DNA from: Octopus bimaculoides
Lineage: Eukaryota
DNA: 59,289 nucleotides
Reading direction: 5' to 3'
Assembly: GCF_001194135.2 (NCBI RefSeq)
Contig: NC_068992.1
Location: forward strand, 59,564,520 to 59,623,808
Of this stretch, positions 35,466-49,297 are shown one piece after another. Every line of letters starts with the position of its first letter. Within the stretch, counting starts at the first letter, position 1. The notes under the pieces were generated by a model. That model saw only the letters and a list, made by a program, of their open reading frames with translations, ran no database searches and had not been told where the DNA came from. Made by a program: the position numbers and the translations under genes.

Positions 35466-36196
35466 TCCACTCCACTCAAACTATTGAGCTCTATCGCAGA
35501 GAATATTTGCATTATGTAACAAATATTTTTAAGCACTTTACATCTCAAATTACANNNNNNNNNNNNNNNNNNNNNNNNNNNNNNNNNNNNNNNNNNNNNN
35601 NNNNNNNNNNNNNNNNNNNNNNNNNNNNNNNNNNNNNNNNNNNNNNNNNNNNNNNNNNNNNNNNNNNNNNNNNNNNNNNNNNNNNNNNNNNNNNNNNNNN
35701 NNNNNNNNNNNNNNNNNNNNNNNNNNNNNNNNNNNNNNNNNNNNNNNNNNNNNNNNNNNNNNNNNNNNNNNNNNNNNNNNNNNNNNNNNNNNNNNNNNNN
35801 NNNNNNNNNNNNNNNNNNNNNNNNNNNNNNNNNNNNNNNNNNNNNNNNNNNNNNNNNNNNNNNNNNNNNNNNNNNNNNNNNNNNNNNNNNNNNNNNNNNN
35901 NNNNNNNNNNNNNNNNNNNNNNNNNNNNNNNNNNNNNNNNNNNNNNNTATATACAGACGAACACACACACATCGAATTTTTACTATACATTGATTAAATC
36001 ATACCAACATCCGAAAGATAATTTATATATATTAATATACAGCTAAACACAATAATATAAATCATTGACCTAAAGTCATCTTTTCTTTACCGCATAATCT
36101 TTCCTCCAAACGATTATCATTGTATACTGCAATATACTGACAGAACGATTCATCAACGGATATAACAGCCTGAATGAGATAGAGACACATTCTTAC

Positions 36197-36314
36197 CTGA
36201 CTGCATGGTGAATATGATAAAGGCGCTAGATATAATCCACGTGGAATCATCACTGGTGTTATGCATGCATGTCTCGTTTGCCGCTGTCATGGTGTTTGGT
36301 GGCACTTCATCCAT
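36197..36314 (-). CDS. Amt: Ammonium transporter, first coding exon (MDEVPPNTMTAANETCMHNTSDDSTWIISSAFIIFTMQS-G)
   Basis: ATG in ACCATGG context at 36314. DDSTWIISSAFIIFTMQSG is the Amt TM1 motif. GTAAG donor follows 36197. 118 bp, ends in phase 1, matching the next exon. Confidence 0.93.
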
Positions 36315-36539
36315 GGTAGCAAGAGAAGGAAAGAAACAGAGAAAGGGTTTTAACATATGCATAGGCAGGCCAATTCTATATAATACATACATCGTACACA
36401 CGAGCGTGCACACGTAATCTGTATCTATCTACCTATCTGTCTGTCTGTTTGTATATGTATGTATATATATAAATGTATCAGTCTACCTGTCTGTCTGTCT
36501 ATGTATGTATGCATCTGTCTATCTATCTATCTGACTATG

Positions 36540-36571
<32 letters not shown>

Positions 36572-36579
36572 TATCTATA

Positions 36580-36647
<68 letters not shown>

Positions 36648-36650
<3 letters not shown>

Positions 36651-36805
36651 TCATCATCATCATCATCATCGTTTAACGTCCGCTTTCCATGCTAGCATGG
36701 GTTGGACGATTTGACTGAGGACTGGTGAAACCGGATGGCAACACCTGGCTCCAGTCTGATTTGGCAGAGTTTCTACAGCTGGATGCCCTTCCTAACGCCA
36801 ACCAC
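36648..36805. mobile_element. RTE-type 3' tail repeat with (CAT)n
   Basis: GGATGCCCTTCCTAACGCCAACCAC; related reverse-oriented sequence at about 45330-45480. Confidence 0.6.
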
Positions 36806-36807
36806 TC

Positions 36808-36859
<52 letters not shown>

Positions 36860-36861
36860 AT

Positions 36862-37170
36862 CCTTATTCAGTTTTATTTCGAGATTTCTTGCTGATAGAG
36901 AAAGGGCCAGTTTCTAATTTAGATCCAAGACTCCTTCATTAGAGTTTCAACACCAACAAGGTATTTTTACAGATTCGGATGTTTTGTTTTATGCATGTCT
37001 TCTCATGAATATACTTGCATATCTAGACATACTCATATATACTTAAATGATAAACTTCTGGAAACTTTTACAGATTTTTACTGTTCCAGTGATGGATTGG
37101 ATTTGTAGTCTTCGAATCAGTTTTTTCCTTTCTGAGTTTTAGAAGCATAATTTCTGAAAATTGGCATTTA
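36862..37170 (-). mobile_element. 3' end of an RLE-type non-LTR element (same family as 45745-47530)
   Basis: Reverse complement of 47160-47330 and 47430-47530 (LQIQSITGTVKICKTFQKFII* plus 3' UTR). Confidence 0.75.
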
Positions 37171-37244
37171 TGCAGTGTTACATGTATGTATGTATGTATG
37201 TATGTATGTATGTATGTATGTATGTATGTATGTATGTATGTATG

Positions 37245-37278
<34 letters not shown>

Positions 37279-37468
37279 TCTATCTATCTATTTACACACG
37301 GGAGCGAAGACATGTAACCATGAAGTAGAGAAATTTGAAAAGACAACACGAAACCGGTTATTTCTCCAAATACAATGTTTATATACCAAAGAAATTTTAT
37401 AACATTTTTCTGACATAATTTAAATATATACTTTAACCATGTAACACAAGCCTTCTGTNNNNNNNNNN

Positions 37469-37526
<58 letters not shown>

Positions 37527-39491
37527 CATATGTATGTGTGTGTGAGTGCATATATATCTATGCACACCCACGAGCACACACACACACACATATATATGTA
37601 TATATATTTACATACATACATGCACGCACACACATATACATGTATGAATTGTCTGTTTATGTTTGTATATATATATATATGTTTGTGTGTGTGTGTGTGT
37701 GTGTATACGTAAATTCTAAGTTTTCTTAGTTGGAAATTTGATATGATATTTTCAGCAGAATTTTTCTTACATATTAAAAAAACCTGAATCTTTCAAAATA
37801 GCATGTCGCTGAAAATGAAATAAATGCATTGATTAAACAGTTGTGTACAGTTTTTACAAAAAGTGCAATCAGTTCGTTCTGGTCCAAAGTAGCAGTGGTC
37901 AATTGAGTACATATATCTGCCAGGTCTTGAACGAGTCCACCCATGTCACCCGGTCGGATTAGAAATAAGGGACAAATCACCCTGAAATCATATTGTATGC
38001 AGAGTCGTTTTACGAGTGTTATAGGTTCCTGGGCAAATTAGTGCACTGGGCCCTATAGTATTTAGTTATTGAGAAGAAACTAAAACATACGTGAATAAAA
38101 ATTGGGCCCCAAGACGCACGAAGCCGTCGGTATATCCAGTGTATTCATGGCCTAAGTTGGCGCTGGCTTTTGATTTTAAAACAGAAAGGATATGTCGGCT
38201 GTTGTAGCAGATGATAGAGTAGATTGAAAATGTTGTTTGGTCACAGTTGGCAAAAACATTTAGGAATTAAGATCTAGAATAAACAACAACGGCGACGACG
38301 ACGACAACAACAGCAACAACAACAACGGTTATTACAATAATGGTAATATAGAGGATGATATTTATGATAACGATAACATCCCAACGACGACGACGAGACG
38401 TCGACAACGACTACGACGATGAGGTCTACAACCCCCATCACCAACGCCACCAATATCAACAACAACAACAACAACAACAACAAACAACAACAGCATTGAT
38501 AATAGAAACGAATTAAATTCAATATGTACTACAGCATGGGCATAGCCTGCATGCTGATACTACGTAAAAATGTTTGTTCGTGTGTATACGTGTGTGTGTG
38601 TTTGTGTGCATGTGTGTGTGTATGTGTGAATATTTATATAAATATATATATATATATATTTGATATCCTCACCTCAAATACTGGAATAATTTTGTTAACA
38701 GGCTCACTCAAAATTTCAAAGAAGCAGACGATAGAATAGCAGCTTTTAAACAAGATTTGCAAAATACAAATTGATAAAACTGCAGTGTTTTTGTCGTCTG
38801 TTTCTAAAAAAGTAACACAAAATAGGAAAAAAAAAAAAATCCTATAAAATCCCTGATTCGATCGGAAGTTACTGTTTTAAATAAGATTCCAAGATGTCAT
38901 AGGGCTGAGTAAATGTGTAATATATTTTATTACATATACGCCTAGATCTATAATGTTCTTTTTTCAACGAAATTGATCTAGTCTTGATTATGACGATAAA
39001 GTTATTGGCAATGATGTCAGGGTGATTGCGGGGGAAAATTTGCTTCGGATCACGAGGCTCTGCTGTTCTGAGCTACTCAAAGAGAAAATCGCACGCAACT
39101 CATATATATGGATATGTGTATGTATGTATGTATGTATGTATGTATGTATGTATGTATGTACGTATGTATGTACATATGTATGTATGTATGTTTATGTTAT
39201 ATGTAGATATGTGTAGGTTTTGTGAGCATGTGTGGAAAACAATACGAGAAAATGTAAGAGGGAGAGTGAGAGGGACAGATAGAGAGATGGGGAGAAGAAT
39301 GGGGGTGGGAGAAGAAGAGGTCAGATAGATAGGTAAAAAGAAAAGAGAAAGAACGATGCAAAAAGGAAACGACGGAGAGTAGCGATCAATTGTGACGCGG
39401 GACTGTTTATGAGTGATGGACTTTATTTAACGAGATAATGATGGAAAGATAAAAGAATAACCACTTTGAAGACAAAAGTTGACTGAAAGCG

Positions 39492-39522
<31 letters not shown>

Positions 39523-39601
39523 ATGAGAGAGGGAAAGAGAAAGGGAGAGAGAGAGAAAGACAAGGATAGAGAATGACGTAGAGCAAGGGAGACTGGCACA
39601 C

Positions 39602-39653
<52 letters not shown>

Positions 39654-39857
39654 ATAATATCAGGGAAGCAGCGTGAGTGCAGAGTGAAGCGTGTGAGAGG
39701 AATATAAAGCGAGAGAAATATTCATGTAGAGTGGTGTTGCGGAGTGAGGAGGACAATGAGCTTCATTAAAGACACGATGAAGTGTTATTAATGCCGTGAA
39801 AGAAGTGATTACATGGAACACTGGTTGAGCGAGGAGAAAGCGATAACGATGATGATG

Positions 39858-39908
<51 letters not shown>

Positions 39909-40334
39909 GTAATGCAGTGCCAGGCAGTGGCTCTCATGGCTTTTGATCTTAACTGATTGGAAGTGTTATCATGTACATTGTTTTGTCTTGGTATAAAGGA
40001 TGGGCCACAGCAAATATTCTGCTCAATACCACAGATTTGCTTGTCAGTTGTTTGATCGTAACCAGTTGAGCATGTCCCTTGGTGGCTGACGATATGTGCA
40101 TCTCTGATCAGGAGCAGAAGTAGTGGGGGAACACCATAGCCATGTGTTGAGAGGAAAAGTTTACCTCTTAGGGACAGAAAGTTTACCTCTTAGGGACAGG
40201 AAAGATTATCAGGAGAGTTCTAAGCATTTGAAAGACTATTCAAACCTTGTGGATAGCCAAGGTTACAGGTCGTAACCCACTACCAACAAAAATCCTACCA
40301 GAAATAAGACCGAACCTGAGTCAAATCAATAATG

Positions 40335-40409
<75 letters not shown>

Positions 40410-40774
40410 GTAATAATAACAAGAGCACTCAGAGAGCGCAAACCTCCGCCAACGCAACACCAACGTCCTCTTAACGATTAACCGGAGATGATTTTTAAAA
40501 TGAGAATACCTGAAATAAAATCCTTCAAAGAATACCATGAGACCTTTTGGTTTTCTCTTCTCTTAAATTCCGGTCTTTCTTGTTGTTTTAGATCGGTGTA
40601 TAGAATTATGTGTATATGTAAGTATACTGGAAAGTGTTAAAATGTATGTATAATCTCCTAATATAATAATGATTGTTGTTTTTATACATATAAAGATATA
40701 TTATAAAATAGAGCCGGAGTGAGAGGTGGAGGTAGAGAGCATCATATGAATGATGGAAAAGGAAATGAAAGAGC

Positions 40775-41130
40775 AACTGAGGATGGAGTATTTCCTAAGA
40801 CTGAGGTTGGTGTTGCACTCAAAATTGAATGGATGGAATAAGATCCAAGCAGTTAATACGTGGGCGATAGCATCACTTCGGTATGGAGCAGGAATTATAA
40901 AATGGCAAAAGTGAGAAATGAAGAAAAATGGATACCAAGACCAGAGAAATGTTGACAGTACACGGAGCCTTCCAGCCTAATAGGTGACACCGATAGGCTG
41001 TACTTGTCCAGAAGAAAGGGTGGGAGCGGTTCGATCAGTTGTCAGAACTGTATCGAAGCAGAGGAAAACAGCTGAGGGTGGTATATAAAAAATGCCATGG
41101 AACCACTGCTGAAGAAGTAAAAGGAAAAGA
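40775..41130 (+). mobile_element. R4/Dong-like RT fragment
   Basis: LRLVLHSKLNG.NKIQAVNTWA..SLRYGAGIIKW...D.DRLYL.R.KGG.G. Confidence 0.8.
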
Positions 41131-41199
41131 GTGATAGAATGAGAGTAAGAAGAGAAAGAAGACGAAAACGCAGAAGAAATAATAGTGGAGGTGGAGAAG

Positions 41200-41262
<63 letters not shown>

Positions 41263-41604
41263 GAAGAAGAAGAAGAAGAAGAAGAAGAAGAAGAAGAAGA
41301 AGAAGAAGAAGAAGAAGAATCTGTGTATATCGTGTCATTATGATCTATTTACGGCTGACAAAAGAAGAAATGAGTTATAAGTTTCGCTATTGATTTCCCA
41401 GTTTTCTTCACTGATATACACTGATGTACATGATGACCGAGAGGCTTTTATTTAGTTTTCTTAATTAATTAGCTGTTAATTGAGGTGGTAAGTATTGGAC
41501 ACAGTCACGATTAGGTATTGGCGGTTGGAGTAGCATGTTTGATGTTGTGTGGCTTTGAACAAGCCACAGATCCTAGTAGATATTGATCACTGATGTAATA
41601 GCTC

Positions 41605-42050
41605 TATATAGCTATTGGTGACTGCTATATAACAGTCCCTAACAATTATTGATGACTAATATAACATTTCCCAGTCGTTATTGGTGACTGGTATAGCAGT
41701 ATAGCAGCTCATAGCAATTGTTGGTGATTATTATAACATTTTTAGTAGTTATTGGTGACTGGTATATAAAAGTTCCTAGAAGTTATCGGCGACTGGTATT
41801 TTTAAGTTCGTAGCTATGGACGACTAGTACAACAGCTCTTAGCAGTCATTAGCGATTGTTATAGCATTTTCTTGTTGGTGACTGGTATAGCGGCTCTTAG
41901 CAGTTATTGGCGACTGGTATATAAACGTTCTTAACAGTTGTTGCTATAGAAATGCCCCTAGTAGTTATCGGTGACTGGCATATTAAAGTTCCTAGTCATT
42001 AGTAATTGGTATAGCTGTTCGTAGTTGTTATTGATGAATTTTATAAAAAA
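41605..42050. repeat. Highly diverged ~32-34 bp minisatellite
   Basis: Anchor TATTGGTGACTG variants at 41613, 41647, 41679, 41719, 41750, 41784, 41815, 41847, 41873, 41905 and 41966. Confidence 0.8.
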
Positions 42051-42802
42051 ACATTTGTAGATAATGTTGACTGATGTAACAATAATTTTAAGTAGTTATT
42101 TGTTTATATATATTTCCGTTGTTTTAAGACGCAAGGTACTGGCATAAAATTTAATAGTCTCAGAGGACTTGTGTAAATAATGGGCGCAGTTCTTCTCTCC
42201 TGAGCAAATCAATAAAAAAAAAATATATGATGAAATAGCTGTTACGTTGAACACAATACCATCACGGTATATAGATCTTAAACAATGGAAACTCATATAT
42301 ACCCATGTACACACACACAAACACATAGATGCGCATGCATGCGCACAATGTACAAACACACAAATAAAAACATCCATACATACATGCATAAACACAAATG
42401 CAAGCATAGATGCACACAAACACATACACACATGCACTTATGCGTACTGTTAGTGTGTTCTGTAATTGCATATAATATAGTGAATGGTTGGTTAATACAC
42501 TTATCGATGTGCAGTGGCAAGTTCAGTTACGATGAGATAGACCACAGATTTCTGGGAAAGAGGAGATTTACATTATAACTCACATCTGCTCTTCGATAAG
42601 GGGGTGAAATAAATATGGAAGGCATCCAGCAAATAGCTAACTCCATCCACCAAAGCATCAAGGTAACTATAGATTACTCCACTAAGCACCCCAACAATAG
42701 ACTCCCTGTACTTGATATTTTCTTTAAGGTCGACAGATGAGGTTATCCTACAGCTCTATAACTTAGTGTTTCTTTTTCGGATTTATGATTTACTGACGAT
42801 CG

Positions 42803-42844
<42 letters not shown>

Positions 42845-42926
42845 ACACACGGACAGACACGCAGACACACACTTACACACACTTACAAACGGACAGACAC
42901 GCAGACACACACACACATATATGTAT

Positions 42927-42961
<35 letters not shown>

Positions 42962-43257
42962 AGAGAAAAGAATCACTATTCTTGAACTCATCTATGAAAA
43001 TCCACAGTCACATGTAGAAAGATTTAATACGTAAATACATTAAAAAGATCTATAATAAAAATAGATCTTTTTAGTATATTTACTTATTAAATTTTTCTAT
43101 ATGTGACTGGATTTTCATGGATGAGTTCAAGAATTGTGGTTCTTTTCTCTAAATTATATATTTATATATTATATATTGTAAAACTTAATTTAATTTTATT
43201 TTTGATAAATTAAATTAAATTGAATTTTTACCTGTATATTTGGAATTTTTATCCCCA

Positions 43258-43316
<59 letters not shown>

Positions 43317-44909
43317 GATTGTATAGATATATATAGAAAGAGAAGTGGAGAGCTATACCTATATGTGTGTACACGTATATACATATATGTATATATGTAT
43401 GTATATATATACACACACATACAAAGCAAAAACAAAGAGAAAGAGAAAGAGAAAGAGAGAGAGAGAGAGAGAAAGAGAGATGGAGAAACAAAGAAAGAGA
43501 AAAAGAAAAGAAAAGAGACGGAGTCATAAAAGAAATGAAAATAAAATTATAAAAGGAAATAACAAAATAAAAAAAAAATTGGCGGGCGAAGAATCACGCG
43601 TGATTAAACGTGAATAAACGTGAATTATTTCTTCTTTTGTTCAGCAAGAAGACAAGGGCGATTTTAGAGGAGGAATGAATTAAGAAAAGGCGTGGTGCAT
43701 GCTTGTCTCCACGTCAGTTACACCATAAATGTTGTTTAAGAAAATAAACAATATCGCATGTGCTGCTAGGTGATGTAAACATTCCTTCACATGTGTGTCT
43801 CAACACAATGAACATATTGGGAAATTTGAACGAGAAATCGTGGTGATTCGTACAAAAATATTAATGACTGTTACAATGGGCATCTATGAAATATTTCTGC
43901 ATGTCTGTCTGTCTTTATGTCTGATTGTCTGTCGCGCTCTCCCTCTCTGTGTTTGCATGTATATGTGTTTGTGTTCGCGCGTATGTGAGTGTTTGTATAT
44001 GTATTTGTTTGCATGTGTATATGAATGTATTTTGAATGTATGTACACATCTACATATGTAAGAACGCATGCAAATTACCACGTACCTATCTATGCATAGG
44101 TGTATCGACGTAATGGTGTCTATCTGTGTGTATATACGCTTTTTCCTGTGAGTGTGTGTGTATATATATGTATGTATGTATGTTATGCAAACCTGAAAGT
44201 ACGTATATNNNNNNNNNNNNNNNNNNNNNNNNNNNNNNNNNNNNNNNNNNNNNNNNNNNNNNNNNNNNNNNNNNNNNNNNNNNNNNNNNNNNNNNNNNNN
44301 NNNNNNNNNNNNNNNNNNNNNNNNNNNNNNNNNNNNNNNNNNNNNNNNNNNNNNNNNNNNNNNNNNNNNNNNNNNNNNNNNNNNNNNNNNNNNNNNNNNN
44401 NNNNNNNNNNNNNNNNNNNNNNNNNNNNNNNNNNNNNNNNNNNNNNNNNNNNNNNNNNNNNNNNNNNNNNNNNNNNNNNNNNNNNNNNNNNNNNNNNNNN
44501 NNNNNNNNNNNNNNNNNNNNNNNNNNNNNNNNNNNNNNNNNNNNNNNNNNNNNNNNNNNNNNNNNNNNNNNNNNNNNNNNNNNNNNNNNNNNNNNNNNNN
44601 NNNNNNNNNNNNNNNNNNNNNNNNNNNNNNNNNNNNNNNNNNNNNNNNNNNNNNNNNNNNATACATATAAACACGGGTACACACGCATCTATACGCATAT
44701 ATACGTATTTAAAATTCTTCAGCAAGAATATTATTGACAGTAACTTCGAAGTTTCCGCTAGCTAATCCATCATCAGACACTCCGATGATCGCTTAGATGA
44801 TGGAAATTTTGAAATCACTATTTTTGTTAAAGAATAATAAATCTGTACTCTACAAAAGTATTGAATTATCTTTCAGTTTAATGTAAAATTGTAACAAAAA
44901 CAAACATCA

Positions 44910-44952
<43 letters not shown>

Positions 44953-45089
44953 TGTGTGTGTGTGTGTGTAGGTGCAGGCGAGGCTGTGTAGTAAAAAGCT
45001 TCTCAATCATTTGGTTCTGGGTCCCACTGCGTGGCACCTTGGGCAATTCTTCTTCCATAGCTTCAGACCGACCAAAGCCTTGTGAGAAA

Positions 45090-45480
45090 GTGGTGAAAAA
45101 GGATCTTCAGGTGTTGGGCTTCACAGAGATGACAAGAGACTGAGACTTCTGGTAGTTTGCTGTGCTTAAGAAGACATGTCAAGCTAAGTAAAACCATGGC
45201 CGTCCATACATACAGACATGTCCTCTACATCCTTCTCTCAGCCAAGAGGTCCTTCCCATGAGGGCTCGTAGGTGCTGGTGCCACATAAAGGCGCTCATGC
45301 CAGTGCCATGAAAAAATAAAATACTCAGCACACACTGTAAAGTGGTTGGCATTAGGAAAGGCATCCAGCCATAGACACCATGCCAAGACAGGCAATTAGA
45401 ACCTGGGCAGCTGTCAAATCGTCCAGCTCTTCTCAAACCATCTAACCCACGGCAGCATGAAAAACGAAATTAAATGATGA
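45090..45480 (+). mobile_element. RTE-like LINE 3' end
   Basis: VKKDLQVLGFTEMTRD..W...V..KT, then a 3' UTR ending in GAT repeats. Confidence 0.55.
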
Positions 45481-45744
45481 TGCTTACACAAACGCTCGCG
45501 CGCATACACACACGCACGCACGCACACATGCGTCTCTGTGTGTCTTTGTATTTGTGTTTCTTTTGCCATACCACTTTGACAATCTGTGTTAGTTCGATTA
45601 CGTTTCTGTAACCTAGCGGTTCAGCAAAAGAGTCTAATAAAATAAGCCCTGGGGGCGATTTGTCCGACTAAACCCTTCAAGAAGGTGCCCCCAGAATGGC
45701 CAGAGCCTATTGGCTGAAGCGAGTAAAGGATGAAAGATAAAAGT

Positions 45745-47530
45745 TATCAATGAATTCTTAAGAAGCAAGATGTATAAATTCATGAGATGACAAAGAGCCT
45801 TGACCTAGTCACAACATTCTCAAAGGATGTAGGGTTGGAATTTGGTCAGGATAAATGTTGTTATATGTTTGTGAAAAGGAGGAAAACTATAAACCAGACT
45901 AGTAACGTCTTCATCAATGATTTGACTGTTTCCCCTGTATCTGACGAGGAATGTTACAGGTATCTAGGGGTGGATGAAAATATATCTTACAATGGCATCT
46001 GTTACAAAACACGTGTCACTAAAGAATATTACAACCGAATTTAGAAAATTATTTGAACTCAGAACTCTCTGCATTCAATGGAACAGTGGCCCACAATTTA
46101 TTTGTAGTGCCAGTACTCACACCGGCATTTGGGCTGCTTGTTTGGACGCTTGATGAGATCCGAGCCATTGATGTAAAAACCCCCAAAATACTAAGAAGCA
46201 CACATAATTTCCACATGAACCGTGACGTAGACCACCTCTATCTAAAACGAAAATAAAGTGAGCAGTGGTTTAACATCGATCCAAAATGCCTTTGAATGTC
46301 GCATCATATCCCTTCGGCAACATCTTTTAACCACCAAGTGTCGAAGTGCATCCCTTGACCAAGTTTGCATACATGAGGCTGATAACATCATAAGACATGG
46401 AAGGCAGCTCATTGAGCAACACTCTTTGTCTGATAACCTAGAGTACATGCCCAAAGGAGTAACACAACTCTACCGCAACGTATCATCAGATGAAAGAATG
46501 AGTCTATAAGAGCAGAAGACTATGCATGGATATGTTAGTAGAAAGCTCCGTGATGATAGTAACATCGATCGTCAAAGCAGTTTATCACGAGCCAATAGCC
46601 GGATTACTACCTCCCACTTTGAAGAGTATGCGTTTGCAATCCAGGAATAGGAAATATCAACCAAGTACCTGATGCACAAAAGGGTTAAAGATGCAGGAAA
46701 AACCGTAAAACGTGACAACCGATGCAGACTTTGTGGAGTTCAAACTAAAGATATCATTCACATCATACGCAGTTGTCCGAAAATGTCATCACGGTATAAT
46801 CTACAGGTGGGATATGACGTTGTACCTAGGACACTCTATAATGACATTCGTCGGAAGGATAATCCCGATGACAAAGAAATATGAACCCACAATATAGCCA
46901 CTCACAATAAAAAGGAATACTGGTGGAATGTACCAGTGAAGACCTCAATGAAATGTAGGCACACCAGACATGATATAATGATTTGGGATAAAGAAGAGAA
47001 ACTGTGAACAGTTGTGGAAATTAGCTGCCCAGCGGATGTTAACATAAAGCTGATGATCAGTGAAAAAGAGGACACCTTTGCTGAACTATTGAGAAATCTG
47101 CAGTTACTCTATCCAGATTACTGGCTAAATACCTATCTCACTGCCTAAATACTGATGTTGAGAAATCAGGCTTCTCAAAAGCAGAAAGGAGAAAACTAAT
47201 TCGAGGACTGCAGATCCAATCCATCACTGGAACTGTAAAGATCTGTAAAACTTTCCAGAAGTTTATCATTTAAATATGTATGAGCATGACTAGATATGTA
47301 ACTATATGCATGAGAATACAAACATAAAACATACAAATCTGCACATAGATATACATACATGTATACATACATACATACATACATACATACATACATACAT
47401 AAATACATACATATATACATACAAACACAAATACCCTGTTGTTGATATTGAAATTCCAATGAAGGAGCCTTGGATCTAGGTTAGAAACCGGTTCTTTCTC
47501 TATTGGCAAAAAATCTTGAAATAAACTGAA
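45745..47530 (+). mobile_element. RLE-type non-LTR (R2/R4 group) 3' half, degenerate
   Basis: FSKDVGLEFGQDKC, YRYLGVDEN, KTMHGY, YAFAIQE.EI.TKYL, CRLC...HII.SC, WWNVPV, VVEISCPAD, IQSITGTVKICKTF. Confidence 0.88.
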
Positions 47531-47678
47531 TAATGACGCACACACACACACACACATACACACACACAAATACATATATATGAGTATATACATATAAACA
47601 TATAGATATATACAAGCGCATGTGAATTTATATATGAGTATATTATATCTGCGCCTAAAAGTATAAAAATATGTGTGT

Positions 47679-47715
<37 letters not shown>

Positions 47716-47806
47716 TACACACATACATAATATACATATGTATGCATATACCTACATCCCTACAGACATACAAATGCGTACATAGGTATTCATATACCTA
47801 CAGCAG

Positions 47807-47880
<74 letters not shown>

Positions 47881-48344
47881 TTATGTACATACACATATTT
47901 CTGACTGTTTGTGTTTGTAAATCTCGATAAATATCCTCGTCCTTGTAAAATGAACCACTGTAGAGATAAATAATACGAATTGATAGAGAAGAGATAGACA
48001 TCTCTATGTGTGCTCGTATGCGTATACGTTAGTGTTAGAGTATAAGATAGTATGTGCGTGTGTGTGTGTGTGTATGTATGTTTGTGCATGTGTGTGTGTG
48101 TGTGTATTTTGCATGCGGTGGTGAATTGTTGAAATGTGTACTTATAGTGTTAAACATGAAACTGAGAAAATGTTCTCATACATTAACACACTTCTGCCTA
48201 TGAATGTACACCGTGTGTTTTTGCCGTCGGTTCCTTCATTCTTGTCGCCCCACCTACTCTTTCACTCTTCCTGGCCCACCTCTCTCCCTCCCTCCCCTCT
48301 CTTTTCCATACTATTTGTGTGCGTGTGTATAAGTGTATATATAC

Positions 48345-48376
<32 letters not shown>

Positions 48377-49251
48377 NNNNNNNNNNNNNNNNNNNNNNNN
48401 NNNNNNNNNNNNNNNNNNNNNNNNNNNNNNNNNNNNNNNNNNNNNNNNNNNNNNNNNNNNNNNNNNNNNNNNNNNNNNNNNNNNNNNNNNNNNNNNNNNN
48501 NNNNNNNNNNNNNNNNNNNNNNNNNNNNNNNNNNNNNNNNNNNNNNNNNNNNNNNNNNNNNNNNNNNNNNNNNNNNNNNNNNNNNNNNNNNNNNNNNNNN
48601 NNNNNNNNNNNNNNNNNNNNNNNNNNNNNNNNNNNNNNNNNNNNNNNNNNNNNNNNNNNNNNNNNNNNNNNNNNNNNNNNNNNNNNNNNNNNNNNNNNNN
48701 NNNNNNNNNNNNNNNNNNNNNNNNNNNNNNNNNNNNNNNNNNNNNNNNNNNNNNNNNNNNNNNNNNNNNNNNNNNNNNNNNNNNNNNNNNNNNNNNNNNN
48801 NNNNNNNNNNNNNNNNNNNNNNNNNNNNNNNNNNNNNNNNNNNNNNNNNNNNNNNNNNNNNNNNNNNNNNNNNNNNNNNNNNNNNNNNNNNNNNNNNNNN
48901 NNNNNNNNNNNNNNNNNNNNNNNNNNNNNNNNNNNNNNNNNNNNNNNNNNNNNNNNNNNNNNNNNNNNNNNNNNNNNNNNNNNNNNNNNNNNNNNNNNNN
49001 NNNNNNNNNNNNNNNNNNNNNNNNNNNNNNNNNNNNNNNNNNNNNNNNNNNNNNNNNNNNNNATATATATATACGCATATGTACATAATATATACAGATA
49101 TATTTACATCACTACAGACATACAAATGCATCCATAGGTATTCATATACCTACAGCAGGCAAACAATGTATGTACTGTACAAATATATGTGCATATGCAT
49201 GTATATCTATATATACATATACACATGATATATATACTTACATACACAGAC

Positions 49252-49297
<46 letters not shown>

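Noticed and set aside
39600-39790. Possible Amt promoter or 5' UTR exon
   Set aside because: Unique-looking sequence but no decisive TSS or splice signal; cannot be supported from sequence alone.
47752-49165. About 60-bp near-duplicate at 47752-47813 and 49104-49165
   Set aside because: Low-complexity sequence flanking a large gap; a local duplication or haplotype artefact with no functional signal.
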